This document shows positions 1 through 13,589 of a DNA stretch of 64,000 bases, piece by piece. Within the stretch, counting starts at the first letter, position 1, and each line of letters opens with the position of its first letter. The translations under genes were made by a program, and so were the position numbers. Source of the stretch: Dictyostelium discoideum (Eukaryota); assembly GCA_000004695.1 (NCBI GenBank), contig CM000153.2, forward strand, positions 384,001-448,000. Direction: 5' to 3'. Below the pieces are notes generated by a model. The model was not told where the DNA came from. It saw only the letters and a program-made list of their open reading frames with translations, and ran no database searches.

Positions 1-103
1 AAAAGAAAAAAAAAAAAGAAAAAAAGAATATTAGTTTTAAAATTTAATTCTAAAAAAAGATAAAACAATATTTAAAAAGAGAAAATAAAAAAAAAAAACA
101 TAC

Positions 104-293
104 CTGCAATAGACCAATTGATTTGGAAAGTGAGTGGTAAAGTTTCATAAATTTTATAAGCATCTACAGCTTCATCTTTTGATAATGAAGTTTTCTTTAC
201 TTGGGTTTCTAAATTTAAAAGAGTTTCTTTAACATCTAAAACTGATTTCTTTGCTTGAGCTGGATCGAAACAAACACCTTTAACAAATGTCAT
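104..293 (-). CDS. First exon of an unidentified protein-coding gene; the rest of the gene runs past the window start. Reads MTFVKGVCFDPAQAKKSVLDVKETLLNLETQVKK...INWSIAG, then a GTATGT donor.
   Basis: ATG at 293. The open frame is 63 codons of non-low-complexity sequence ending at a canonical GTATGT donor near 103. No family recognised. Confidence 0.3.
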
Positions 294-754
294 TTTATTA
301 TACTATTAAGATTATTAATTATTATTTAAAGAAAATAAGGTGGCTAGTTTGTTGTATGAATTAATGAGAAAAAAAAAAAAAAAATTAGTAAATAAAAAAT
401 TATTTATTTTATATATATGTTACTATTATTTATTATCTATTTTGTTTGTTAAAATTACCTTTTTTTTTTAAAGTGTCAGGGTTTTTATAAAATAAAAAAT
501 AATAAAAAAAAAAATTTTATTTTTATAGGAAAAAAAAAAATAAAAAAAAAATAAAATTTAATTAAAAATATCTTTTAAAAAAAAAATTTTCAAATAAAAT
601 AAAAAAAAAAATAGATTTTTGAGAGGAGTATTCAGATGTTTATTATGAAAATAATGAAATAGTCAAATGTCACTTTTGGTGTGTGGAGGGGGTGTATTAT
701 AAAAAACTCGTAGAAATGTTTATGTTTTTAATTTTTATTTTATTTTTTTTATTT

Positions 755-785
<31 letters not shown>

Positions 786-2040
786 GATTAATAAAAATAA
801 AGGACAACTATTTTTTTTTATTTTTTTTATTTTTATTTTTATTTTTATTTTTATTTTTATTTTTATTTTTATTTTTATTTTTTTTATTTTATTTTATATT
901 ATTTTATTTGTTTATAATAATATCTAATTATTAGAAATTATATTTGTAATTATTTAGAAATCCACCAACCAAAAAAGAATTTAAATTAAAAAATAAAGGT
1001 AAAAAAAAAAAAAGTAAACTGATCGTGTCCTTTTTTTTTTTTTTTTTTTCATTGGATATTTAAATGAAAATAGATTAATATTTACTATTTTATTATTTTT
1101 TTTTTTTTCACTCCAATTGTGCCAAATTACAATTTTTTCCCCCTTTTTTTTATAAACGATTTAAATATGATATAACCATTATTATAAATTATTCAATGAG
1201 TTTTCATTTTGAAATTTAAATTTAATTTATTGTTTTTTTCACTTATTTTTAAAATAATATTTTCATTTTTTTCATTTTATTTTTTTTATTATTTTTTAAT
1301 ATGGATTTAGTATTGACAAATAGAACACTCGAAAATACATAAAATGATATCATAAATAAAAAAAAAAAAAAAAAATTAAAATGAAACAAAAAATAAAATA
1401 ATTATTTTTTTTTTTATTTATTTTATTTCTTTTTTAATCACAATTTTTTTTTTTTTTATTAGTTTATAATTATTTACCATTCATACACAGCAACAATGCA
1501 GTTTACTTAATAAGGATGCATTGATGAACCTGATAATCAAATGATAGAGAAAGTAAAGAAATTTCAATGTCATTATGGTTAATTTCAATCATTTAAATCC
1601 AGTGTCAGGGATCAAGGAACGATTATAAATCTATCTACTATGACATTAAGAATGATAAACAAATAAAAAAATTTTATTTTTATAAAAAAAAGCAAATTAA
1701 TAAATATAAATATAAACAAAATTTATTTTAATTCCAATGGATATTGTTTTTTTTTTTTTTAATTTTTATCATTTATATTGGTTAATATTAAATGATATTA
1801 ATATTATAATATTTATTAAAAATGTATATATTTATTATATAATATTAAAATGATTTTTTTTTTAAAATAAAGTTTTTTTTTATTTTTTTAATTTTTAGTT
1901 TTTTTATTTTTTATTTTATATGTACAATTAAATAAATTTGGATAATGAATCAACAGTCTCACCTAACCATTCAAAATTATGATATTCTGCAATACTTTTA
2001 AAGATAATTAAACTAAAATAAAAAAAAAGGAATTAGTCAT

Positions 2041-2079
<39 letters not shown>

Positions 2080-2093
2080 ATAATAATAAAAAC

Positions 2094-5000
2094 TTACTCT
2101 TTAGAAAATAAATTATTTGATTGAGTACATTCCCATTGACCAGAACATTGTGGACAAATATCACCAAGGTTATCAGATTTAACATCATTACATTTTGAGC
2201 ATCTTAAATCTTGTAATTGATAAGATAATGAACGTCTTTGAATGATTTCAACTAATTGACTTTCGATAGTATTTTTAGAATAATGACCTTTACATTGAAT
2301 ACAAGATAATTCTGGAACTCTAATAATATTGTCATCATCACCTTCATTTTCTTCATTATCATCATCACTATCATCACTGTCATTGTTGTTACTCTTTTGT
2401 TGAGAAGATAATCTTGAAGAGATAGAAGTTGTATTTGTATTTCTTAATAAATCAATATCTCTACATGAATGACAAGATGAACAAATTACATCAGGTAAAG
2501 TGAAAGACACGCATGGATCTTTGAATTTAGCTTCATCAGAGAATTCTCTAACTTTCATTGATGTCATTAATTTCATTCTTAAACGTGATACTCTTGATGA
2601 GATTGATTTATCAATTGATAATACATGACAAACGAATTTAATGAATTCTAATGGTGGATTATTTAATTTCAAATAACCACCTGGTAATTGTGGAAATTCT
2701 AATGATGATTGATTAACTTGGAAATGATCCAATAATGTAAAAATACGATTAACATCAATTAATAAATCAAATTTAGATGTAGCTTTCTTTGTTTTTGATG
2801 TAGTTGTAGTTGTTGATGATGATGAAGATGGTGGAATACTAATATCTTCATCCTCTTCTTCATTCCAAGTTGAACTTTTTCTTAAATCTGGTTTAGTTGG
2901 TTCATTAATAGTATCTTTTGTAGTTGTTGTTGTTGCTGCGGTTGAATCATTATTAGAGGAGGAGGAAGTTGTACTAATTTTTTGTTTTAATAAATATCTT
3001 TGTTGTTGTTCTTTTTGAATTCTATTTAATTCATCTCTTTCAGTATGCAATTTATAAATATAATCTGAAATGATAATAATGAAAGAAGTTTGAATTTGTG
3101 GTGGTAAAAATTCTGCAATATTCCAATTGGTTATGATTTTACCATTTTTAATTTTTTTTAATTTTTTATTTTTATTCTGTTGTTGCTCTTCTTCATTTTC
3201 AGATACATCATCATCATCGTCATCATCAGCATTATCTTGTTGTTGTTGTTGTTGTTGTTGATTTTTATTAATTAATGGATTAAAATATAAAATACCAGAA
3301 TAATTTGAATTATTTAACCATAATAAATTATGATAATAATTTGTTTGTTTAAAATTAATCCAACTAAATAATTCTTTCTTTTTAATTACAGCCAAGATAT
3401 AGTTACAATAAGAACGAGCATCTTCAATTGAATCCTTTTGAGAACAAATGATAATCTTATTGAAATTTGCATAAACTATTTTACTACCCAATTTTTTAAA
3501 TTCGAAAATCAATTGAATGAAAACTTTTTTCATTAATTGATGTAAAGTACGATAAAGGATAGGATCATAAAGTTTTGAATTGGTCGAGCTAATCCAACGA
3601 TAGAAATGTAATAAAAGATAATTTGAATAACGTGAACTAATTTCATTTCTTTTACTATTACTACCTGATACTAAATCCAATTTCCATTTTGATACTAAAT
3701 TTCTAAGAATATTAAATTCTTTTTCACAACCACTAATTTGATGATTAATTGCTGATCTAAATTTATTTGTAATTGATAATTTATCAAATGATGATGTTGT
3801 ATCATTTGTAGTATTTTGATTTGCACCATTTTTGGTATTGGAATTATTTGAAGTATTTTTAATATCATCAAACATTGCAACATTTGATTCATCACCTAAT
3901 TCATTACCTAAAATACCTTCAATTTCAGCCAAATGAATTGATTCCAAGATTGTATTTGTTGCTAAATTTTCAATATCCAATTCGAAACAAACTTGATTAT
4001 AACAATCTGAATTATTAATTTCAACATTATTTAATTCTTCATAGAATTTTGCATCATCTTCTTCTGAACCACCTAAATCTGGGAAGTTTGAATCAGACAT
4101 CCAAAGGAGATGTTTTTGTTCAACCAAAGAACGAGCATAGAGAATATCACACATGAATGATGCATTATCAGTTGGAATATTACCAATGGGTATATTTGCA
4201 TAACGTGACATATTTGCATAGTAAACCCAAAGTTTTGGTGCATCCATTAAACGTAATGGTAAGGGTTTCAATGAATGAACATCCCAATTGAATGGTGAAT
4301 ACATTGAATCGTTGTCATGGTAAGGTACTGGTACACGTGGGAATTCTCTAAGTATTGGAATTTGTTCCAATATTCCAATTGCATTTGGAACTTGTAGTAG
4401 AATGATAGTTGGTAAACCTTTACGTTGATATTCCATAATTAATGAACCAATTTCTTTTTTTGCCAAAGACATACTTGATTTTTGGTCCATTGTAAAGGTG
4501 ATTTCTGGTAGTTTCTCCTTTATGGAATTCAATACTCTTGCATCGATTTTGTTGGCGGCCATATAAGGATTTGAGAAAATAACTGAACATTGTTGAGTAT
4601 TCATATTGAAAAGAACGAAATAACCGTCTTTTCCATCACGACTATTATGATACAAAAAGAGTTGATTAAAGTTATGTTCTGCAAGATAATGAAATTGTTT
4701 ATCAGGTTTTGAAGCGATATCCTCCAAAGAGAATCTTGTGTTACTATTGACTATTTTAGTAAAGAATGGTGATACTCTTGACAAAGTAGCTACACAACCA
4801 CATTGAATAATGGCTTTAATATCCAATGGTACCTTTGTTTCATAGACACCCTCAATCATTGGATTGGTGAATAGTGTATTCAATTCCTTTGATTGTTCTA
4901 AAAATTGACTTTCACTCATTGTCACTGAAAAAACATTAAATCTTTGTTTACCTCTTGGTGGTATTACATTTGTATTCTTTTGTGCATCTTCATATGGATC

Positions 5001-8000
5001 GGTATCAATTGAATTTAAATAAAACACTCTACCAATGTCAACTTTAATTGGTATCAATTGATCCTCAATCAATGACCACATTTGATAAATACCTGGTTCA
5101 CCGCCATAAATTGGTTCAATCGATATAATATTCCAATATCCTTTTTTAATTATATCTGATTGACTCTTAAAGAATGACGATGATGAACTTTCTCTATTTG
5201 TTAATTTTGAACCAATTCTAAAACTATCACTATCAAATAATGATCCACCTAATCTTTGTCTTCTCTTTTTTAATAAACGTTGAATTTTCCATTTCTTTTT
5301 TGATATTGATAACCAACCTTGGAAATCTTTATCAATAGATGGTGTTTTAGTTTCCATAATTTGTTTTTCTTGTTCATTTGTAAATGTTTCAATTGATGAT
5401 TTTGATTTTTTAATTAAAAGACTTGAAACATCACTTGATGATTGTTTACTTCTTTTAAATTTAGTAACTTTTGGATTAAATGCTGGTAAATCTTTAAATC
5501 TTGATGAAAACATATTTTCAATATCATCAGTTTGTTGTGGTTTCGAATTATCATTATCATTATCGTTATCATTATCATTATCATTATCATTGTCTTGATC
5601 ATTATCTTCAGTTTTTTCAAAAAATGAAGTAATTGAAGTTTGTTGACGACCATCTTCATTTCTTCTAATTTCTTTTAAAATCCAATCTGGATGAATAACA
5701 CGTGGTACTGGATTTGTAACATTTTGAAGTGCAGCAGGAATTGTAATAATTTTTTGAATTACACCAGATAAACGTTGACGATAATAATCCCAATCGATTA
5801 ATTCACGAATATCTAAATCACCACTTGGAGATTTTGTCCATCTTCTAAGATAATGACAACGAGTTTCAAAATCTGCATCAAAAATTGCAACTGGTAAAGC
5901 ACGTTCAGTAATTGGTGAACCGGCTGGTTTATTGGAGATAATGTATTGACATGATAAACCTTTATCCTTGATCATATCGTCACCTAAAAACTCTGCTAAC
6001 TTTTTGGCAGTACTAATAGCTGAACTCTTTTGTGTACCATATTCTTCTAATTTTCTACTCATATTACTACTTTCGGTAATTAGTTCTATTAGATCCTTTT
6101 CTTCATAGTTTTCAGCATGACTATCTAGAATGTCTAACCAACGATTTGCAACGGCACCAACCGACTGATAACAGCCTTCCAAACTATCACCACCTAAAAA
6201 TTCTTTAAACACTTCAGATTGGAAAAGTTTAATCAATTTCAATTCACCACGTCTTTTAATTTCGAAACCTTTTAATTCACAAATACGACCTTCACGATTG
6301 AATACAGCGTAACGTTTCTTTAATTTCACATCTTTCTCTTTACTAGTTGGAATTAACATACAACGATAAGGACCATCACATTCGAATAGAATGGAACATT
6401 CGTCACGAATTGTATAAGTGTTGGTTTCAGCATTGTAATCTTGGTATTGATGATTTGTGAAACTTTTTGCAACTTTTTCATTCAACATTTCGCAAATGTA
6501 AGAAAAAGTAACTTTTTTACCAGTACTGGCTGATTTTAATGTGTAATTCTCTGGGAAATGTGATGGAAGTATACACCAAATACCATCGGTATCAATCTCT
6601 AATGGTCTACCCATTTGCTCTACCACTTCTCTTGCTTCTTTAATGATGTTTGAACCTGTATGTGTTACAATACCTGCCATTTGCATAGAATACCAACGAG
6701 CACCTTTTCTCATTACATAACCATAGAAAGAGTTTAGAATACACTTGTGAGCTAATTGAAGACTTTCATAGAGTACAACCATACCTTGTGCAGCTACCAC
6801 AGCAACACTATTGGTACCACCAGATTCTTGCATTGCTTGATCATACTTTATCTTCCAATCACGATGATGATTCTTGAAAACATAACGACGATCACGGAAT
6901 AGACGTACAGTATCGACGTAGAATGAATTTTCACGCATACAAATAGTGTCGGAACGAATTTCTTGTGTGATTTGATGGGTTTTTCTATAGACTTTTCTAG
7001 AGTACTCTTTTAAACGTTTTCTTAATAATTCATTACGTTTCTCTTCACTTAGTGATAAGAATGATTTTCTTTCATCTCCATCACCAAATTTCTCAGATTC
7101 CAATTGTTGTAGAATTAAACGATACTCTGACTGATTCGATGGTGAATAGTCACCCCTCCATTGCCAGTCGAGAGTACGTTGACATTGAGACTCTGGTTTA
7201 TTGTAGACACAAGTGGCACAAACCTCGTCATTGACCACTGCAGTTGGTTGAAGTTTATTGGTGAGAATAATATTGGGATACATAGCAGACACATCAAGAT
7301 GGTAAATTAATGGATGTGATTGTTGTTTTGGATTCTCTTTTAACAATGTGAATTTCTTTAATACGTCTTCTTTCACTTCTTGATAATTACTAACGGTATC
7401 TAATGGAATGCCGCCCTCCTTCAATGCAAACTTCAAAACTTGATCAATGTTACCCATATGCTTTTCAATTGAAGCAGGGTCTAATGAGAAATTAGTTGGA
7501 ATATCTGATCTGAATACACCAGACTCTAAACACTCTACATGACCACCCACATAAGTCTCGCTCTCTAATAAATGACCCTTATACATACTATTAATATCAT
7601 CCTTATGTTTATTTGGAAATATTACATCAGCTTTAAAAGCTTGAGTCATTAACAAGGCTTCACATAATGTACCTGAACCTTTTCTAAGCACATCGTCTGG
7701 ATTCATTGGAATAATTGTACAAAGTGAGAAAATGAATGGATGAACATAATTCATATAGAGATAATAAGTTGCAACTGCATCGGAAACTGAGTAATTTGCT
7801 AAAGTTTCAGGATCCTCTTGAGCAGATTTTAACATTAACTCTGGATCCAACTCTAATGGATCGTATCTTAACTTTTCTCTTGTGACCGCTTTCAAACCGT
7901 GACTGCCATGTGGAAGATAACTGTCTCTCTTCACCCAGCAAAATGCATCCATATGAGGGTTGATCTTACTTCTATACTCGCCATTATCATTTCTAAATCC

Positions 8001-9596
8001 AATCTGATGAAACATACTCAAACCATGATACTCTGCTCTACTTTCAACAAAAGGCCAATCAAACATATCACCATTGTACGATACGAATATATGGGGTTTC
8101 TCTCTTTTAATTTCACTGAAAAACCTCTCCAATACTGATTTCTCATCGGGTTCATTAAAAACGGTGAATGGGCCATAATATTCAGGCTTTGGAGTATATT
8201 CGAAATCTTTGATATCCTCAGACACGATTTCACGATTTACAATTAAATAACCTTGTTTATCCAACATATAAGAGATCATCATAATTGAATCAATTGAAGA
8301 ATCTGGAAATTTCAAAGGTAGCTTAGTAGTTTCAATATCATATGCCAACACTTTTGGATCAGGTCTATCAACACGAGTCGTTAATTCATTCACTGTTGTC
8401 AATCTACCATTCTTTATAACTGTATACCATAACCCAACACGAATATTTAAATCAATTGCTGCTCTAACATAATATGGTACATCATATTCTCTAATATCTA
8501 ATATATATTCAGTTGCTTGTTTATTTAATTTACTATTATTATTATTATTATCATCTTTATTTAATTCTTTATTAAAATTATTATTATTTTGATTATTATT
8601 ATTATTATAATTTTGATGATTATTATTATTATTATTTCCTTTATTATAATATGAATTTAAAATTTTATTTAATGATTCATCTTCATATGCTTCACTTGTA
8701 TTTGATTTTTGTTTATTTCTTTTAATGATTGGGAATAAATCATTACGAACTGATAAAAGTGTTGAAACGTTATGAAAACGAATTTTTAAATATTTTCTTT
8801 TTAAACCTGATAAATGATTCTCTAAATCTAAATCCTCTTTATCCATAATATCAATACCTGCTATATCTTTTTCATAGGTACTCTTTAAATATGATTCTAC
8901 TTCTGATTGATGACCTTCCTTTACATAAATATAAAAATATGGATTATAAGGTATCCATACTCTAAATGATGTTGCATCATCTTGAATAAAAAATAATTCT
9001 AATGAAGCTTTTTCAATATCAAGTCCATCTTTTGATGATCCCTGGGGAGGGGGTTTATAAATAAAAAATAAAAAATAAAAAATAACAAATAATAAAAAAT
9101 AAAAAAATTTATTATTTTGGGGGTGGTAATAATTTGAAAAAATTATTAATTTGGTAATTTAAAAATAGAAATGAAAAAATAAAAATAAAAATAAATATAA
9201 TTATTAGTATAAAAAAGGAAAATTTATTTATATCATAATTAAAAATAGAAAAAAGTAAATTACTATTATTATAATTTTAAGATTTTATTTAGATAGTAGT
9301 TATAATAATAATAATGTGGTGGTGGTTGTGGTGGGTAGTGTGTTTATGTGTGATTTTTATATAAAAATAAATAATTTATAGCAATTGCTATTTATGAATG
9401 TTTATTTGATATTAATCGTTTATCGTTGTTTTTTTTATTTTTGAAAAAAAAAAAAAAAAAAAAAAAAAAAGGTACTACTTACAGGTTGCATATTTAATAA
9501 CCAACCCTCCTTTTCATAATTTTTGAAACCAACATATTTATCGTTTTCATCTTTTTCATCTTTATTTTTTTTATTTTCATTCCATTTTTGAGACAT
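2094..9596 (-). CDS. pole: DNA polymerase epsilon catalytic subunit A. Two exons: 9483..9596 and 2094..9041; the intron is 9042..9482.
   Basis: Exon 1 reads MSQKWNENKK...YEKEGWLLNMQP and ends at a GTAAGT donor; human POLE has GWLINMHP at the same point. Exon 2 starts after a ...cccccag acceptor with GSSKDGLDIEKASLELFFIQDD..., matching the POLE N-terminus. The ORF carries the exonuclease motif DIETTKLPLKFPD, polymerase motif A YHLDVSAMYPNIILTN, YGYVMRKGARWYSMQMAGIV, motif C EIDTDGIW, and C-terminal Cys4 zinc modules. About 2353 aa in total. Confidence 0.9.
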
Positions 9597-9803
9597 GGTT
9601 TGATTATTATTATTATTATTTTATTATTTGCGTGTGTTTTTACACACCTTTGCTATTATTACTTAAAATGATAACAATTGATGTGAATTATAACACTTTT
9701 TTCATATAAAAAAAAAGTAATTTTTTTAATGAAAGAAAAAAAAAAAAAAAAAAAAAAAATAAAAAATAATTTTACAAAAAAAAAAAAAAATAAAAAAAAA
9801 AAA

Positions 9804-9814
9804 CCCGCCAAAAA
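9804..9814 (-). promoter_or_regulatory. E2F-like site in the pole promoter: TTTTGGCGGGTTT on the minus strand, about 210 nt upstream of the pole ATG.
   Basis: The + strand reads aaacccgccaaaa. Its reverse complement, TTTGGCGGG, matches the TTTSSCGC E2F consensus, and the gene is an S-phase replication gene. This is inference only. Confidence 0.3.
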
Positions 9815-10506
9815 TTTATGGAGGGAAATTGGATGAAAAATAATTTTGTTTCTGAAAATAAAAAAAAAAAAAAGAAATCTTGGATATTTTAAATACACCA
9901 AACACATATAATTTATATTAATATAATAATAATTTTTGGTTATACTAAAAAATAATGATTAATATAATTTCCCCCCTTTTCCCCCCACCACCTAATAATA
10001 TTATTGCTTTTATTTTTATATGATGTTTTAAAAAATCAATACTTACACATATCTAAGTACACCATTTCTTTATCCATAAAACACTAATAATTAATTAATA
10101 GTTACATATATGTAAATGCATAATTCATTATTACTATTTTTATATCAATCACCCCTCCACACATTTTTTATTAAAAAAAAAATAAAAATGAAATAAAAAA
10201 AAAAAAAAAAAAAAAAAAACTCTAGGAACCACATGGTGAAAAAGGGAAAGATCATCTTATATCTTTAAAAGTAAAAAAAACATGTGTTTTTTTTATTATT
10301 TCAAAACTTATTTTTTAAAATTTTTTTCATTTTATTTTATATTATTTTATATTATTTTTTATTATTTTTTAAAATTATTTGATTTTTTTATTTGTTTTTA
10401 CTATTTAAACTTTTATTTTTTTTTTTTTTTCATTTTCTTTTTCAAAGTTTTGAAATAATTTATACATTTACATACATAAATACACCAATTAAAATGATTT
10501 AGAAAG

Positions 10507-10546
<40 letters not shown>

Positions 10547-10761
10547 AAAAAGAAAAATTAATAAAACAAAAAAAAAAAAAAAAAATAAAGCTTACTATTA
10601 TTTATTATATTTATATATACATATAATATATATATATATACGATTAGTATTAATACAACCCATAAGAAATAAAAAATAAAAAAAAATAAAAAATTTAATA
10701 AATAAAAAAAAAAAAAAATAATTAAATAAAATAATAATAATAATAATAAAAATATAAAAAG

Positions 10762-12456
10762 ATGATAAAAAATAATAGTAATGAAAATATATTAGTTATA
10801 AATTCAAATGATAATATTGAATTAGAATTAGAAAGTGATTTATTATTATATGATAATAATAAAAAGGAAATGTTTATAAAGAAAGAGAAAAAGATAAAGA
10901 CAATAAATATATCAATAGTATTTGCAATATTATTTTTTGGTGAAGTTGCAAGAGGTATAATTATTCCAACAATAAATTACTATTCAATATTGGTAGGTGG
11001 TACAGCGACGACATTGGGAATGGTGATATCGGCATTTAGTGCCGGTAGATTTTTAGCAACGATAGTACTTGGTTATTTCTCGAAATTCGATACCTATAAA
11101 AACATATTCAACATATCAATGGTACTTTGTATTATCGGTTCACTTTGGTATAGTTTCAGTTACATAGACCAAGGTAATCCGTTCATTGGTCAATCGTCAT
11201 TGGTAATTTCAAGATTCGTTTTGGGATTTGGTGCTGGTACATTGAGTACTGCACGTTCATTCCTCGCTGATATAACCATTCCATCAGAGCGTACCACTTG
11301 GATTGCACTATCATCAGCACTCCAATTCCTTGGATTTGCAGTTTCACCAATCATAGGTTCACTCCTATCCTATATACCACCCTTCTCAATTGATGAAGTT
11401 ATTAAAATAGATTCTATAACTTTACCTGGTTGGTTTTTAACATTCCAAAATTTCATACTTTTATTAATGATCATTTTCTATTTTCAAAATCCAACTTTAA
11501 ATCAATTAGCATCAAATAATAATAATATGATTAATTCATCATCAGATTTAAATTTAAATAAAAAAAATAATAAAAGTGGTAGTAATAATAATAGTGATAA
11601 TGAACAAGATGATTTTGAAATCGAAAGTTCATCATTAAAAAGTAGTGGTGGTGATGGTGATGGTGGTGATGGTGGTGGTGGTGGTGATAGTAGTACTACA
11701 CAATTATTATTAAATCAACAATCATCAAATAATTCAAAACAACAACAACAACAACAACAAAATCAATCAATTTATAGAATATTATATAATAATAAAAGAA
11801 TTTTTATAAATTTAATTATATTTATAATTTTAAATTTCTTTATTAGAGCAATACTTGGTATTTATGAAACATTAGGTTCAACATTCTATAGTAAATTAGA
11901 TACTAGTATTAATAGTAGTACAAATTCTGGTTACTTTTTTGGTAGTATGGGATTCTTGGGTATTGTATTATTGCTTGTTATAAGTTGGCTTTGCAAAAAG
12001 GAATTGCTACATGACTATTGGATATTATGCTTTGGTAATTTAATAATCACGATTGGCTGTTTCGCAACTATGGTTCATCAATTAAGTTGGACTCGATTTG
12101 TATTTGGTTATATTTGCATTTGGGGCATTGGTTTCACTTTGGCTCAAACCGTCGTAGTTTCAATGTTTTCAAAAATTCTCTCAAACACAATTGGTAACGC
12201 ATCTCAAGGTACTTTAATTGGTATCATCACTGCAAGTGGTTCATTGGGTCGTGTAATTGGTCCATTATTCTCGGGTTTACTCTATAATGAAAATGACCTC
12301 TTACCATTATTCTCTTTTGCTTTTGCTTTATCTTTAATCATATTATTCTCTTCAATTTTAATGATTCCAAAAGATATTTTAAAAATTAAATATTTAAATC
12401 ATAATGATAATAATAATAATGAATATAATGAAGAAAATTATAATTTAATAAAATAA
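10762..12456 (+). CDS. Major facilitator superfamily (MFS) transporter, 564 aa, single exon.
   Basis: Real ATG at 10762. There are about 12 hydrophobic segments and an MFS motif-A-like loop (GRFLATIVLGYFSKFDTYKN). The central loop is N/S/G/D-rich. Confidence 0.6.
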   Translation: MIKNNSNENILVINSNDNIELELESDLLLYDNNKKEMFIKKEKKIKTINISIVFAILFFGEVARGIIIPTINYYSILVGGTATTLGMVISAFSAGRFLATIVLGYFSKFDTYKNIFNISMVLCIIGSLWYSFSYIDQGNPFIGQSSLVISRFVLGFGAGTLSTARSFLADITIPSERTTWIALSSALQFLGFAVSPIIGSLLSYIPPFSIDEVIKIDSITLPGWFLTFQNFILLLMIIFYFQNPTLNQLASNNNNMINSSSDLNLNKKNNKSGSNNNSDNEQDDFEIESSSLKSSGGDGDGGDGGGGGDSSTTQLLLNQQSSNNSKQQQQQQQNQSIYRILYNNKRIFINLIIFIILNFFIRAILGIYETLGSTFYSKLDTSINSSTNSGYFFGSMGFLGIVLLLVISWLCKKELLHDYWILCFGNLIITIGCFATMVHQLSWTRFVFGYICIWGIGFTLAQTVVVSMFSKILSNTIGNASQGTLIGIITASGSLGRVIGPLFSGLLYNENDLLPLFSFAFALSLIILFSSILMIPKDILKIKYLNHNDNNNNEYNEENYNLIK

Positions 12457-12518
12457 ATAAATAATTTTTTTTTTTAAAATTTACAAATTTATTATATCAT
12501 TAAATATTATTATTATTA

Positions 12519-13346
12519 TTACTTTTTGAAATTTCTAATCATTGTATAAAAGTGTGGTGCATCTTGTGTATTTGAATGTTGTTGATAAAATTTTGAAGTT
12601 TTAAAATTATGAGTTTTAAAGAATTGAGTGAATTCTAAATCACATTCAGTATAGATTGAAGCATTTTGACTATCAGCTAAATTTAAGACATGTTGAATTA
12701 AATCACTACCTCTTTTACTACGTCTATAGGAATGTTCAATTGCAATACAATTTAAATACCAATGTTTGTTTGGATGATTTTTCATCTCAGCTTGATGTAT
12801 ACGTTCTGCGAAATCTGATGATTTTAAAATTCTTGATAAAACTGATACACCCAATTTAATTGGTGCCATATACATACCAACTTTAAACATCTCTGCAATG
12901 CTAACACCATTTACATCATGTGGTGGTTGTGCTATCATTATACCACTAATTGTTTGTTTATTATTATTATTATTATTACTATTATTACTATTATTATTAC
13001 TATTATTATTAAGTTCAAAACATCCCCAAACTCTTGCTTTTTTTAAAGCATAGGTTAACATTTTATTACAAAACCAAGTTCCACCACTGATACGATATTC
13101 TGGTGAATTGTTGAAAAAGAAATTCATAAATATATCCTCACGTGTTGATTTCTCTAATAGTATTGCTGCTTCTTGAATATCATCTTGACAAAGTTCTCTT
13201 ATTATATATGGTTTATTTTTTGGTGTTTCTTTTATAGCTTTTTCTCCATTATTATTATTATTATTTATATCTCTAAAGTTTTCAATGTTTTGAATATTTG
13301 ATGACGATGATTCATCTGGTTGTTGATGATGTAATTGTTTATCTTT

Positions 13347-13384
<38 letters not shown>

Positions 13385-13589
13385 CCATATGTTTTATAAT
13401 ATCCCTTAAAGAATAATTTGGAGTAAGATCATTGGTTGTTATTTTAATATTACAAATTGGACATGTTTCTTTTTTTTGTAACCAAACTATAATTGAATCA
13501 TTAGAGAATGAATGACCACATAATTTAGAAATTACTGGATCACTCATTATTTCCATTGTTATGGGATCTAATAAAATATCATTATCCAT
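12519..13589 (-). CDS. U-box domain protein fused to a C-terminal GNAT-type N-acetyltransferase-like domain, 356 aa.
   Basis: The N-terminus LLDPITMEIMSDPVISKLCGHSFSNDSIIVWLQKKETCPICN...LTPNYSLRDIIKHM fits the U-box consensus. The C-terminus WYLNCIAIEHSYRRSKRGSDLIQHVLNLA...ASIYTECDLEFTQFFKTHNFK fits GNAT motifs A (R-x-x-G-x-G/S) and B. Poly-Q and poly-N linkers separate the two domains. Confidence 0.6.

Noticed and set aside
3695-8233. Small + and - strand ORFs nested inside the pole coding exon (3695..3895, 5414..5659, 7052..7297, 7899..8233).
   Set aside because: They are antisense or off-frame relative to a strongly supported 2300-aa conserved CDS. They are repetitive or low-complexity.
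9659-9907. ORFs translating poly-A/T tracts into poly-F/K peptides (also 1..300, 36003..36242, 57174..57448, 32420..32650, 51547..51938, 58570..58761).
   Set aside because: These are homopolymer-run translation artefacts in intergenic AT-rich DNA. They have no complexity or motif support.
10655-10670. ACCCATAA, matching the Dictyostelium upstream sequence element (DUSE) of ncRNA genes. A similar CCCACAA is at 39999.
   Set aside because: The sequence about 60 nt downstream is pure A/T with no RNA-like structure. It is probably a chance match in the MFS promoter.
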